NCBI GenBank assembly: GCA_963575745.1
Contig: CAUYUJ010000002.1
Location: forward strand, 372,001 to 436,000
Source: Prorocentrum cordatum
Lineage: Eukaryota
Direction of reading: 5' to 3'
Length of the DNA: 64,000 nucleotides
The notes under the pieces were generated by a model. It ran no database searches. It was not told where the DNA came from and worked only from the letters and a program-made list of their open reading frames with translations. This document shows, one piece after another, positions 9,701-18,421 of this stretch (the first letter of the stretch is position 1; each line of letters begins with the position of its first letter). Both the position numbers and the translations under genes were made by a program.

Positions 9701-11255
9701 CGACCTTCTGTACCATGTGCAGGACAGTCACGGCGCCATCCCAGCAGCGCTGTGGGGATCCCACTCCCCTCCGTCCGAGATCCTCGACGCCTTCGCGGAG
9801 GTGGTGCCCGTTCCACATCATTCGGGCTTCACGTCCTCGGCAGCTCGTTCCGAGCTCGCCGAAGCAGCCGCAGCTGCGCGTGCCGAGCCGCGCCCGCCTT
9901 TTGACTGGGCGACCCTCGAGGGAGGGGACGCTCTGCCAGCCGAGATCGAAGCAGGGGCTCGCCGTGCCTACCGTAACATGGGCGGATCCTTCAGCTCGGC
10001 GCGGGCGATGCTGGCGGAGGCGTCGGGGTTCGAGACCGACGGGCGGGACGCCCTCGTTCCGCCCTTCTACGCGTCCAGGCGCAGGAGGGCCGCCACGCTG
10101 ATCAGCTCTCCAAGCCCTGGCCGCCCTGCGCTCATCCTGTGGTGCGTCTGCGGCCTCTGCATCTCTCTGGGAGCCGCGGCGCCGACCGCAGGCCAAGGGC
10201 TTAGTCGGGCTGCGCCGTCCGCGCCCGCTCGCCCTCCGCGCACTCCCTTCGTGCGCGATTCTCACCTCACCTCCGCGTATCTCGACCGTCGCTCGAGATC
10301 GATTGATGCCTTCGAGCTGTGGTTAGCAGAACACACTGGCGTGCCACCCGCCACACTTTACCGAAGCGGGATACTTCTCGCCCGTTTCCTCGCGACCTTC
10401 GGCGTGTGGCTTCATGATGCAGGTTTCCCTCATTATATTTTGGTCCATGCCATCTTGGGAATCCAAAGCGCCCATCCGCATTGGAAGGCCTTTCTGACAG
10501 AAGCTTGGGACGTAGCGAAACAATGGAAGCTTGCGGAGCCGCCAAAGCTCCGTCCCCCCTTGCCACGCGCGCTGCTGCGCGCCATGGTCGGGCTCTGTCT
10601 CGCCTGGGACTGGCCGGTGATGGCGGCCCTGCTGCTCATGGGCTTCACAATGTTCCTCAGGCCTGGCGAACTGCTGGCGTCACGCCGCTGTGACCTGTCG
10701 CTTCCATGCGACCGTCTCGAAGTTGAAGGGGATGCTTTTCTTTCGATTCTTGTTCCAAAGACCAGAAGAACGTACCCGACGCAACATGCTCGCTGCTCCG
10801 ATCGGGGCACGGTGAAGGTATTGAATCAAGTGTTTGGGAGGTTGGCTTCCACCGATCCTCTCGCCCCCTTCGGCGCGAGCGGCTTCCGTACTCGGTGGAA
10901 TCATCTGCTTTTGGCTCTGGGCGTCCCTCTTGCCAAAGCAGGTCAGGGGCTCAACCTGACGCCCGCTTGTCTGCGGGGCTCTGGCGCAACAGACTTCTAT
11001 ATCGCTACGGAAGACGTCCCCCGCGTCTTCTGGCGAGGGCGCTGGCGTCAAGCTTCCAGTGCCGAGCGCTACCTGCAAGCCGCCGCCGCCTCCACAGTTC
11101 TTGCTGCGCTGCCCGAGCACGCACGGGCTCGTATCTTGTTCTTCGCCACCGCCAGCGACCGCCTTGTCGCTTCGTTCCTCCAAGTCGGCCCCGCCGCTTG
11201 GCCTGCCCTGCTTGCGGCCGCCCGCCAAAACCTTGTCACTTCGCAAGGTCCTTGA
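1824..11255 (+). CDS. Pol polyprotein of YR element 1: RT - RNase H - J-domain - low-complexity region - dsRBD-like - tyrosine recombinase (true start uncertain)
   Basis: RT: GAFRVPKD..DRLILN, DDLREFYY, LAMGD, NIDD (5478-5489). RNase H: TDAS (about 5994), HINILE, LLDS, ADDPTR. J-domain: HPD at 7248-7256. YR: FLRPGE, PKT, ACLRGSGAT, RGRW, RY (about 10650-11075). The frame is uninterrupted for 3143 codons. Confidence 0.9.
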   Translation: MARALPIRGSHGSRLRTMAPRRRRHQLGSYPPRVSRRGHPSGPAWRLSLYGGARGCRGGWLCRNDRPFPASGRPAPGGRFTAARHYCIRPRRRHRGCRARARVALPSRGRGGRSHRSLRRGAGPRLLATSFGGLGASRGLRTLARRPAYCRRRAAPRGRSGYSLSLCRRDGGTRGVRGRRGSRPHGPKCAISRGRWSAARPAREARGHRRAATGCGSRSDRSWCPCGVSGRRGSYDPCRSSCRNARLACSPRGLHDGRQTRAAGPRAGCPERSARGASAFQRRSGAPRAGSCGDRGRPVSRARGPTAGLRASQGSDLRAGLGVGKGALSCCPSGPFVRFRSDGPPAATWASPSRCGRRLCRGGRRRRVRAAPCGQSDGLQPHATVPAPVPPIAAGAGPSPNRPSASGDPERLSSNSAHELGRPRARIGPDGGHCSEARVAASAATARPRCARTDEGEFGPCPGRGSQRRDPHGHASVFSGAQSLGGSADDARVVDAFRLPQRRAVAGLRRGQPRESPDFTDVSVHVHRPAGGGPRLSRGRLVPYGAGASPVSRDQSSHGARGPDPVLTPGGSSLAVGAGRIREGAASISGASRRRARRRAPQASTSSAQAAQGFEAPRQVPGCVQGTEGGAQEGLRAPLAPASWKGGPSRGRGTPPHTVCTDAVAAARRVWAQRGREGRNALFQRCCCGPAGRSTFRHHALRSAPNRFSDPFGHFGRRLPQSRAPSRGPAAPEVGVPAGACSPSSTPAALAKVAPFVADLSALLRLFPGANIDITHWAAALSQVGMGARCSLGSFSRSSMRAMDRDDPYLLGPPPRDPWPCPPAPPLGPPPDGLSARRRERWRLRRAARTLAQYSVIALNWLTLGHPSLAPAEARVRATVSPCQEGVRTRIERLCRIAVRLARGGKSDLGRAFAKFDSTEVSLHGLATHVAALEASFTSSSSVPAPMRHCPTSAPSVPGSLAAAAAWDSTQAEPFDLKVRASRIKWDYSPEFDPVPFLSDARVREAFIDPEVMRLPASEWPAGQKGARVHMDRAELWALLQKWDACGALYLTPASDLAWDEACGAFRVPKDSDFDRLILNPTVVNSRCASISSSTQRLGQGFLLCRLGLAPGEWLAVSCDDLREFYYTFRVPPARARRNALRVRLPSSRFKAFQAWRPELEGVDVAPCLNALAMGDNMAVEIANSAHEGVLHSFGALRPHEQVVHRSPFPRGPFVEMLNIDDHTGFQKLSWRGSAPRPDDPCRRDREVFAACDAGYPRVGLIQHPGKRARGETHKVVVGAEVEGRIGIVCAPLVRTVALCRLTLIQIYLGITTRSLLASLVGCWVQVFLYRRPMLAIFTHVYNFLSRLATEDGIEYDLPPYVRDELLACTFLAFTAITDLRAQPCPEVFGTDASLGWGGVVRAPISPQLSAELWRRSEHGGWHTILHNRSLLAVLSRGVPLGPELTQLHHDLGLPSIEPPVAPRWVTELSEALRFRLAYKWEFRMPRHINILETTVYKSLCKYCCVRLPDSRIPVLLDSKVALGATAHGRSSSPGLSHVLSTTLPYVIGGGLYMGGMYVPTDVHRADDPTRNRAVRPPSRDPPAWLVEAERGEFTRFDCIAYADSRSSFPTCLWGRFVAQLVARGPEGLLSHRWAAAPPLSVGAGMAADAAGDGAQGEALDPSGAAESSSEAALASGERRGPRNALFADSDRPLTSTADATPKASASSEGGSHGPDPAAASAGSAPPAAKRAPPLALRSKAAAAPPPAIGGGSSRVGSREAPKGATAATPRIFQRAARVSASRQLLGVVDGASRSTIEAAFRRQSLVYHPDRTPAHLGADERAARALNWKQLCDAKSVLLQALSQAAAPPAGPSTGGDGPAARAYAQAKAAGKGARKGKLAPGSTMALQALEEAVSSRVALASAELAPRAALPASGAPLPRSGVSSALATRAAESDAILASAVSRGRVELDALRAARADATRRTVQAPARGEGERAVARAELAEGMADRAYFRRLREAASREAAGLPRTAPVQLGRDWRKTLRAVLHNAEVSTGLANADRAARAGDAPASSTGRSLAEVEAVDPRALARPADDPASSFSRREGRAVRARLGPRDEAVEDQPNRGGHAPHSASRTGGTRNRRAKKQRRASTAAPPAPEGGPDTTPGRRARRTANARRWAGAARPSSAAGVGPPPRSRSPARSRTRSPNPYGTDRTSPSGGCSSPPIDGSISPEEPSGPPAGEASEGPHTPDGSPPASARSRSRAEPACEEDSPTELEDVVLSALADSSVDLERVVAGLNPEVLLRLQAAFPRRAEASPPAAHAAARSRSRGRGTRAGSETPRPVPPPPPPPRHHSGGRAASRSRGSAAGQGLSRANARDSSRAPSRQATSPGRREVRSPRVAPKRRPSPATSQQPATPRHGASSDVAFAGSSRADSAAQAPPTSVGMRSSSDAVAAPQGGGRAAEEGGSSSGFALGRASEPELHLSGSHSGDAGSAAAAAFAARRTASAAAEQPLPPGAASALAWRLNIGGEKITVVRWGPAWQAAFQSAASWLRSFAPAGAAEPEGKDDLHCLLRALHAYKRLFQTGGAEPIDEASWLHPYVAVVEPEAIPAHADLQAMGAGAIRGIGLGSKIEQRRRAGKLACLFDLLYHVQDSHGAIPAALWGSHSPPSEILDAFAEVVPVPHHSGFTSSAARSELAEAAAAARAEPRPPFDWATLEGGDALPAEIEAGARRAYRNMGGSFSSARAMLAEASGFETDGRDALVPPFYASRRRRAATLISSPSPGRPALILWCVCGLCISLGAAAPTAGQGLSRAAPSAPARPPRTPFVRDSHLTSAYLDRRSRSIDAFELWLAEHTGVPPATLYRSGILLARFLATFGVWLHDAGFPHYILVHAILGIQSAHPHWKAFLTEAWDVAKQWKLAEPPKLRPPLPRALLRAMVGLCLAWDWPVMAALLLMGFTMFLRPGELLASRRCDLSLPCDRLEVEGDAFLSILVPKTRRTYPTQHARCSDRGTVKVLNQVFGRLASTDPLAPFGASGFRTRWNHLLLALGVPLAKAGQGLNLTPACLRGSGATDFYIATEDVPRVFWRGRWRQASSAERYLQAAAASTVLAALPEHARARILFFATASDRLVASFLQVGPAAWPALLAAARQNLVTSQGP

Positions 11256-11266
11256 GCACGGGTATG

Positions 11267-11670
11267 GCTGCCTCGCCGACATCGGCGACCAGACGGACTC
11301 CACCGTCTGACGCGCGGCGCCCCGGCTTGAGCGCGCGGGACGGGCCTGCCCATTTTGGGCCGCCCCGCGCGCGCACGCCGCGGCCGCGCTCGGAGACAGC
11401 TCGCTAGCGCGCGAGCGGGAGAATGCTTCTTCTATTCTCTGTGAGCAAGCTCCTGCTGTCTCCGCAGCTTCTCTGCCCCCCTCCCTCCTCTCCCACTCTA
11501 AGGCTGACGGGCGCTGCCTCGCCGACATCGGCGACCAGACGGACTCCACCGTCTGACGCGCGGCGCCCCGGCTTGAGCGCGCGGGACGGGCCTGCCCATT
11601 TTGGGCCGCCCCGCGCGCGCACGCCGCGGCCGCGCTCGGAGACAGCTCGCTAGCGCGCGAGCGGGAGAAT
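11267..11670 (+). repeat. 3' terminal block B1-A2-spacer-B2 of YR element 1
   Basis: 158-bp B copies at 11267-11424 and 11513-11670. The A copy (11424-11478) abuts B1. Confidence 0.95.
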
Positions 11671-12010
11671 CCTCGTCCTGCTCCTCCTCTTCCTCCTCCC
11701 TCTCCCGCTCCTTGTGCCCCTCTTCTTCCCTTTTTCCTCCCTTTTCCTCGTCCTCCTTTTTCCTCCGCGTCGGTCCATTTCGCCTCATGCGCATCGCCGT
11801 CCTCATCGTTCATCCGCCTCGTTCAGACTCCTCCTCGTTTACCTTCCTCTTCCTCCTTTCCTCCTCCTCCACTTCCTCTTCCGCCTCTTCACGATCCCCC
11901 ATCAATCCTCTCCTTCTCTCGCCTTTCGTCCCATTATTCCTCTCTCCTCCTCCCCCCCTCCTCCTCGTCCTCCTCCTCCACCTCCTTTTTCTCCCCTTCC
12001 TTCTCCTCCC
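11671..12010. repeat. CCT-rich polypyrimidine low-complexity tract
   Basis: Degenerate (CCT)n. It continues the tract at about 1125-1173 that YR element 1 interrupts. Confidence 0.85.
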
Positions 12011-12084
12011 ACTGCCGAACAATTACCTTGGCGAGGGACCCAACCATATGCAATTGTGAATACATCGCTTGTGATAATCTCCTT

Positions 12085-12720
12085 CGGCGGAGTTCCCCAG
12101 CCGCATGCGAGCGCAGACAGTGGGGGCCGTCGGTGGAGCTCCCCATGGGGCCACGACGCGTGCGAGGCGCGTGCCAACATTGCATTGGAATCGCATGCGA
12201 GCGCATCCACGGAGGCCTTCGGTGGAGCTCCCTATTTGGGTCACGAAACATGTGAGGGGTGTGCCGAAATGGGGGCGCAACCGCATGCGAACGTAACCAC
12301 GGGGGGCCGTATGTGGAGCTCCCTATGGGGCCACGAAGCGTGTGAGGGGTGTGCCGAAATGTGCGCGGAACCGATCGCGAACGCAGCCACTGGGGCTTTC
12401 GGTGGAGTTCCCTATGGGGCCACGAAGCGTGTGATGGGTGTAACAAAATAAGGGCGGAAACGCATGCGAACGCAGCCACTGGGGACCATCGGTGGAGCTC
12501 CCTATTGGGTTACGAAGCGTGTAAGGGGGGTGCCGAAATGGGCGGTGCAACCGCATGCGAACGCAGCCACTGGGGCATTCAGTGGAGCTCCCTATGGGGC
12601 CACGAAGCGTGTGGGGTGTGTGCCGAAATGTGTGCGGAACCGCATGCCAACGCAGCCATTGGGGCCTTCGGTGGAGTTCCCTATGATGGTGCCGCGAAGA
12701 ACGTGAGGGGTGTGCCGAGG
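12085..12720. repeat. Degenerate tandem repeat, unit about 90 bp, about 7 copies
   Basis: Core (c)ggtggagctccctatggggccacgaagcgtgtgaggggtgtgccgaaatg recurs at about 12131, 12220, 12311, 12400, 12490, 12580 and 12669. Confidence 0.9.
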
Positions 12721-12739
12721 GGCAAGGATGGAAAGAGTG

Positions 12740-12825
12740 AGGAAGAGGAGGGATGAGGCAGAGGAGGAGGAGGAGGAGGAGGAGGAGGAGGAGGAGGAGG
12801 AGGAGGAGGAGGAGGAGGAGGAGGG
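12740..12825. repeat. (GGA)n microsatellite
   Basis: Visible trinucleotide run. Confidence 0.95.
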
Positions 12826-13669
12826 GTGATCAGGAACGCAGGGCGCTGTCTCTCTAACCAAAGCGGGGGCCCAGCACGTCAGGATGGCTGGACAAGAAAA
12901 GGCCGTTCCCCCCTCCTCGCGCTCCCCCCGCCCCCGCGAGGAGCGCGACAGCCAAGGCGCGGGCCCCGAGGCGAGCCTGGTCGGCAGCGAGAGCGTGAGC
13001 GTCCCGACAATCAGCTTGCTCGGGGCGATCGACGACGAGCCGGAGCCGTCCATCCCTCCCCTTTCTTCCCCTTTTCCTTCCTCCTCTCCTCCTCCTCCTC
13101 CTCCTCCTCCTCCTCCTCCTCCTCCCCTTTTTCCCCCCATAGGGAGCGCTTCCCTGTCGCACGCCCAGACGCGTCGGCGGGGCGGGCGGGGCGTTTCGCC
13201 CGATACTTCGTGACCACGTATTCTCCATAACCTTGAAACTCGCAATAGTTTCCACTGGTGCAGCGCGGGCCGTTTACAACGTGTGGTTTTCGCATACGCG
13301 CAGCGCACAGTCGTCTTCAAAACTGGAAGACGTTAGGGTTTCAACTTGTGGTTTCCGCCTCAGCACCGCGCCGCGCGTGCGCGACCTCGTAGCAACTTTT
13401 GTATTGACCACAATAGGAAAATCGACGCGCGCGTTGGTCTGGCAACTACGGTGGACCCGTAGCGGTGACCTGTTGGACCTGGAATTGAACCTGGGTTCTG
13501 GAGTACGATTTCACGCATGATCCTGCTGAAATCCTTTTCGCGCGTGCGCGTGAGGAGTTTGTTTTGCCCACAGTCGGAAAGTCGCCAGGCTGGCTTGAAA
13601 ATCCATGTGGCCTTTTAGCCGTGACCGACCCGATTTCGGATGACCGCTTTGTTGTTCGAGGTCCCACAG

Positions 13670-14080
13670 TGGGGCGCCTCTTGGGGCCGTCTTGGAACCA
13701 TTTTGGCCCGTCCGGGTTTTTTTTCCGGGCCGTCACGGGGCCTTCCTGGGCAATGCTGGGATTTTGTTGGGTTGTTGTTGGCCGTCTTGGGACGGTTTCG
13801 GGGACCGTTTGAGCCGTTTTGGATAGTCGGAAAAACGAAAAGGCGAGAGAGCCAACAATTTTCAAAAACCGAAGGAGGAACCATGATGTTGGCCGCTTGG
13901 AGCCTTCTCGGGAAGCCCGTTGGAGGCCTCCAGGACCGTCTTGGAGGCCTCTTGGGCCGTCTTGGAACCAGCTTGGGCGCCTTCGGACGCTGCTTGGGCG
14001 CATCGGGGCCCGCACGGGCCATCTTGGGGACTTCCTGGAGCTCTCTTGGCCAAGCTTGGAGCCGTCGTGGGCCCGAAACA
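13670..14080 (-). repeat. Dispersed degenerate repeat built on ccaagacggcc/ccaagagg units
   Basis: Repeated ggccgtcttgg and cctcttgg. The same units occur in the opposite orientation at about 60500-61900. Confidence 0.65.
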
Positions 14081-14507
14081 GTGAGCGACAAGCCGCGACG
14101 GGGAGCGGGAAACCCCAGCGGAACAGCGCCAAGCCCTGGGAGATTTAAGCACTTTTGGGGCCCAGTCCCTTACGGAACTCTTCAGGAGGGAGGCGTGAGG
14201 TTTAGAGGATGGCGCAAAGGACCTGAGGACACGCCCACTTCGTGCTCAAAGATTCACAGACCTACCCTTCCCACCCCTACGCTCCACCGGGAAGGGTGCC
14301 AGTTTTTTTGTTGTTTTTGGATTTTCCTTAGGTTTTTTTTTTTTTTTTCTTTCCCCCCCCCCCCCCCTTAGGTGTTTCTATGGTTTTCGACTCCAGCCCT
14401 TTGGTTTCTTTGGTTTTGTTTGGTTTTCCGTTTGGTTTTCTTTGGTTTTCTTGCCGTTGTGGAAGGAGGAGGAGGAGCAGGAGGAGGAGGAGGAGGGGAG
14501 GGAGGGA

Positions 14508-14544
14508 TCCGTAGCCATTTTGGTTCAAGCCATTTTGGCTCAAG
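14508..14544 (+). other. Dinoflagellate spliced leader plus tandem relic leader
   Basis: TCCGTAGCCATTTTGGTTCAAG (14508-14529) is one mismatch from DCCGTAGCCATTTTGGCTCAAG. It is followed directly by CCATTTTGGCTCAAG (14530-14544). Confidence 0.93.
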
Positions 14545-14651
14545 TAATCCATTTCTCGAGGTGGCTTACAGTGAACTATTGAGTTTTGCGCGATCTCCTG
14601 CTCGAGCCTGCCCAGGCCTTGCAGATTCTTTTCGTAGCCAGCGTCACATTC

Positions 14652-15916
14652 ATGGGTGAGCGCAGTGCTCGCAATGATGTGTGGTGTTGTCCGAAGAAGA
14701 AGTGTGGTTTCAAGACGAACTTCTCTTGGAAGCAGCACTGCTACAAGTGTGGCACTGCACGCCCTCTTGCGCCTGCTCCGGTGCAGCAACTGCGTGGGCC
14801 GCAAGGTGTATGGGCGAACGGGCCGCCTCGCTCAGCCGCTGCACGGCCCAAGCACAAGCATCTGGAGCCTGCGCAGCTTGAGAAGATTGTGCGCATGTCC
14901 AACGACGACTTCGAGGTGTGCAAAGGGCTTCTCTCGCCGTCCCAGCGCGCCAGAGTCGTGGCTCAGCGTGCTCTCGCTGCTGGCGACCCTCGTGCTGTTC
15001 AGCGTCATGCGCAGTCTGTGCTGGACGATCTCAAGAAGCAGATCGGCCACGTATCTAAGCAGATTCAGAAGGTCGAGTCAGACATGTAGAGCAAGGTCCT
15101 GGAGCTCGTCAAGCTCAAGGACAACCTCACGTCGCTTGAGGGCCAGGAGCGCGTCGCCTCCGCCAAGGCCTCGGCGGCATGGGCACAGTGTGCTGCTGGG
15201 GGTGCGGGAGCGGTCGACGCCTCTGGCGCAGCGGTTGCAGCCGACGACCCCGCCTTCGCGTTGCTCATGCAGTTCCAGTCTTTGGATGCAGATTTGGCTC
15301 GCTCGCTCCGCTCGTTGTTGGAGACGCGTGACTCGCTTCTGCCTCCTGCTCATCCTGATGACGAGGCTGCCACCGATGCGGCTACGAGACCGACGACCTG
15401 GACGACCTCAGTGGCGACGGTGATGCCATGGAGGATGCTCCACCTGGACAACCGCGTGCTGAACCCGCCCCAGCCAACGTTCGTGATGTGGAGGCTGCTG
15501 CGCTGGCAGTCTTCGGTCGTCCGCCATCTGAGTCCCCGTTTGCGCCTGGAGCCTCGCCTGTCGACTCGCCTCGTGGAGGGGGGACGGGTTTGGACGTGGG
15601 GCGGGGGCGGGATGGGACTGGGGCGACAGCGGCCTGTGCAGGCCCGCCGCCCGCAGCTCGCGTGCTCTCAGGATTTCTCAAGAAGCTGTCCACTGAGCAA
15701 GGTTTCAATGCCTTCCTTGCGCAGCACAAGATTCCGCGAACGCATGCGGAAAACATTCTTGGAGGTATCATCTCTGCTGCGCAGAAGAAGTCTCGGCTGA
15801 CTCCCTTCAGTGAGGGAGACGGCGCGGCCAGCAGGCCCCCGTCAAAGTCCGAGTGCTGGCCGCGCCAGGGAGTGGACCCTGATCACCGCCAATGTTGGAG
15901 GGCAGATCGGGCTTGA
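14652..15916 (+). pseudogene. LINE ORF1 with RanBP2-type zinc finger and coiled coil; premature stop at 15087-15089 and a frameshift near 15400
   Basis: WCCPKKKCGFKTNFSWKQHCYKC fits W-x-C...C...N...C-x2-C. Heptad-like LDDLKKQIGHVSKQIQKVE. The same frame continues after the TAG. Confidence 0.7.
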
Positions 15917-16739
15917 CGCCTACTTGGGTGAGTGCGTTGCTTGTGGCGTTCTCCTCGCGCAGGAGACCAGAATCCCTATCTCGTCGGTGGAGCCGACTGA
16001 GGCGCGCCTCCGTCAGATTGGCTGGTCGGCCGCTCTCACGGCCGCGCTGCCCACTCACGGCAACCCCACTGGCGGGCTGATCACGGCTACGCCCAAGAGG
16101 ATTGGTCTTGGAGTGCTTGAGAGTGTCTCGCCTGTGCTGCAGCCTGCGCGTGCCAGTCTTCACTATGTGGGAGGGGTGATTCGCGGTGGATTCCTGGTTG
16201 CGAACCTCTATTTGGTGCATTCCGTCGGGGTGAATGAGGTCAACTGGGACATATTGTGCCGCGTCGGCAGGGCCCTCAAGGCAGCTGGCACAGCGTTCGC
16301 GATTGGTGGCGATTGGAATATACAACACACTGATCTTCAGCAGACTGGGTGGGTTGATGCTATGGATGCTGTCATTGTTGCTCCCGCTGGCGGTGCGCGC
16401 CGCCCAGCCATGAGGTGCGTCGACTTTTTCGTCGTCCCGAGGGTCATTGCAGGTGCGGCCATGGCGGAAATCGTTCAGGACATCCCTATTTCCCCCCATT
16501 GCCCTGTTAGGCTCGTCTTTCCCCGTGTTGAGCCAGTTGCCGATGTCAAGTTCGTTAAGGTGCCCAAGCGTTTCCCCCTTGAGCGCCCCGTTGGTTGTCT
16601 GGGGCCCCCTGTCGAGGGTTGGCGGGGGCCCGTGGCCGCGCTTTGTTCTGATCCTCACGCCACCGCGCAGGGCAAATGGAATAGCTTCCTTCGTGCGGCG
16701 GAGACCGAGTGGCTTTATGTTTTGTTCCCCATATCCTAA
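15810..16739 (+). CDS. APE-type (exonuclease/endonuclease/phosphatase) endonuclease of the truncated LINE
   Basis: LITANV, LAQET, GGDWN, VDFFV, SPHCPV in the expected order. Confidence 0.85.
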   Translation: MRETARPAGPRQSPSAGRAREWTLITANVGGQIGLDAYLGECVACGVLLAQETRIPISSVEPTEARLRQIGWSAALTAALPTHGNPTGGLITATPKRIGLGVLESVSPVLQPARASLHYVGGVIRGGFLVANLYLVHSVGVNEVNWDILCRVGRALKAAGTAFAIGGDWNIQHTDLQQTGWVDAMDAVIVAPAGGARRPAMRCVDFFVVPRVIAGAAMAEIVQDIPISPHCPVRLVFPRVEPVADVKFVKVPKRFPLERPVGCLGPPVEGWRGPVAALCSDPHATAQGKWNSFLRAAETEWLYVLFPIS

Positions 16740-16814
16740 GGACTGGGGTTCTTGTTATTACTCTGACGCCTCCCACTGCTCCTCCTTCCTCCCGCTCGCG
16801 CCTCCCCCCTCCCA

Positions 16815-17015
16815 ATGATAATCACCAGATAAGACAAGACAAGATAATATACTACAAGATAAGATAAGATAGCACAATATATGATAAGGTAAGATAAGAT
16901 ATATGACAAGGTAGGATAATATATAAGATAAGGCAGCCTATGGAGTAATAAGATATGACAAGATATGCTGCGATAAGATGAGTTGATATAAGATAAGCTA
17001 AGACAAGATAAGAGA
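16815..17015. repeat. Degenerate (GATAA)n pentamer tract
   Basis: Repeated gataa/gacaa units forming an AT-rich island. Confidence 0.85.
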
Positions 17016-17030
17016 TTTCACTCACACTCT

Positions 17031-18190
17031 CTCATGATCACAAAACGCTGCCAGGGGCATCATTTGGGAGCCCCAAGGGGGAGCCGCCCTGGCTGATATC
17101 ACGAGCCCGTTCGCGCCGATTTTGGTGGGACGTCTCAGCTAAAATTGCCGTTTGGCCTCCCCAACATGTCTCTCTTGAGAGCCTCATGATCACAAAACGC
17201 TGCCAGAGGCATCATTTGGGAGCCCCAAGGGGGGCCACCCTGGCTGATATCACGAGCCCGTTCGCGCCGATTTTGGTGGGACGACTCAGCTAAAATTGCC
17301 GCTTGGCCTCCCCAACATGTCTCTCTTGAGAGCCTCATGGTCACAAAACGCTGCCAGGGGCATCATTTGGGAGCCCCAAGGGGGAGCCACCCTGGCTGAT
17401 CTCACGAGCCCGTTCGCGCCGATTTTGGTGGGACGCCTCAGCTAGAATTGCCGTTTGGCCTCCCCAACATGTATCTCTTGAGAGCCTCATGGTCACAAAA
17501 CGCTGCCAGGGGCATCATTTGGGAGCCCCAAGGGGGAGCCACCCTGGCTGATATCACGAGCCCGTTCGCGCCGATTTTGGTGGGACGTCTCAGCTAAAAT
17601 TGCCGTTTGGCCTCCCCAACATGTCTCTCTTGAGAGCCTCATGGTCACAAAACGCTGCCAGGGGCATCATTTGGGAGCCCCAAGGGGGAGCCACCCTGGC
17701 TGATCTCACGAGCCCGTTCGCGCCGATTTTGGTGGGACGTCTCAGCTAAAATTGCCGTTTGGCCTCCCCAACATGTCTCTCTTGAGAGCCTCATGGTCAC
17801 AAAACGCTGCCAGGGGCATCATTTGGGAGCCCCAAGGGGGAGCCACCCTGGCTGATCTCACGAGCCCGTTCGCGCCGATTTTGGTGGGACGCCTCAGCTA
17901 GAATTGCCGTTTGGCCTCCCCGACATGTGTCTCTTGAGAGCTTCATGGCCACAAAACGCTGCCAGGGGCATCATTTGGGGGCCCCAAGGGGGGGCCACCC
18001 TGGCTGATCTCACGAGCCCGTTCGCGCCGATTTTGGTGGGGCGCCTCAGCTAGAATTGCCGTTTGGCGTCCCCAACATGTATCTCTTGAGAGCCTCATGG
18101 TCACAAAACGCTGCCAGGGGCATCATTTGGGAGCCCCAGGGGGGGTCCACCAGGGGCTTCATAGTCACCAAACGCTGCCAGGGGCAGCAT
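17031..18190. repeat. 152-bp satellite, about 7.5 near-identical copies
   Basis: Unit starts (ctcatg) at 17031, 17183, 17334, 17486, 17638, 17790, 17942 and 18094. Confidence 0.97.
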
Positions 18191-18417
18191 TTTGGCTTCC
18201 CAAAGAGGAGTCGACCCGGGCCTCCTAGTCGCCAGACACTGCCAGGGGCACCATTGGGATTCAGACTCGCACCCAGACTCACTCACACACAAGCTCACTC
18301 ACACTCAGATTCATTTCTTCAGAGTCAGGCACACACAGACGTACCCATACTCAGACTCACCCACGCTCAGGTTCACCTAACCCAGACTCCGTCAGAAGCC
18401 AGTAGCGAAGAGAGCAG

Positions 18418-18421
<4 letters not shown>

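Larger units (their letters stand above)
1174..11670 (+). mobile_element. Full-length tyrosine-recombinase retrotransposon (YR element 1) with split direct repeats A1...B1-A2-B2 (PAT/Ngaro-like architecture)
   Basis: A1 1174-1228 equals A2 11424-11478, and B1 11267-11424 equals B2 11513-11670. A gag-like ORF and an RT/RNase H/YR ORF lie between them. Both flanks are CCT-rich tracts. Confidence 0.92.
14508..16720 (+). mobile_element. Spliced-leader-capped LINE, 3'-truncated (ORF1 and APE endonuclease only)
   Basis: Leader at the 5' end next to a (GGA)n tract, then a Zn-finger/coiled-coil ORF1 and an APE domain. Coding similarity ends near 16720 with no RT. Confidence 0.8.

Noticed and set aside
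12085..12720. Regularly spaced repeats as a CRISPR array
   Set aside because: The intervening sequences are themselves homologous, the repeats are degenerate, there are no cas genes, and the context is eukaryotic.
14508..14600. A genuine SL RNA gene
   Set aside because: The first leader is followed by a relic leader rather than a GT intron, and a LINE ORF follows. The gt after the relic is noted but is not enough evidence.
17031..18190. 152-bp array as CRISPR or a tandem RNA-gene array (SL RNA, 5S)
   Set aside because: No unique spacers, no leader sequence and no recognisable rRNA or tRNA motifs in the unit.
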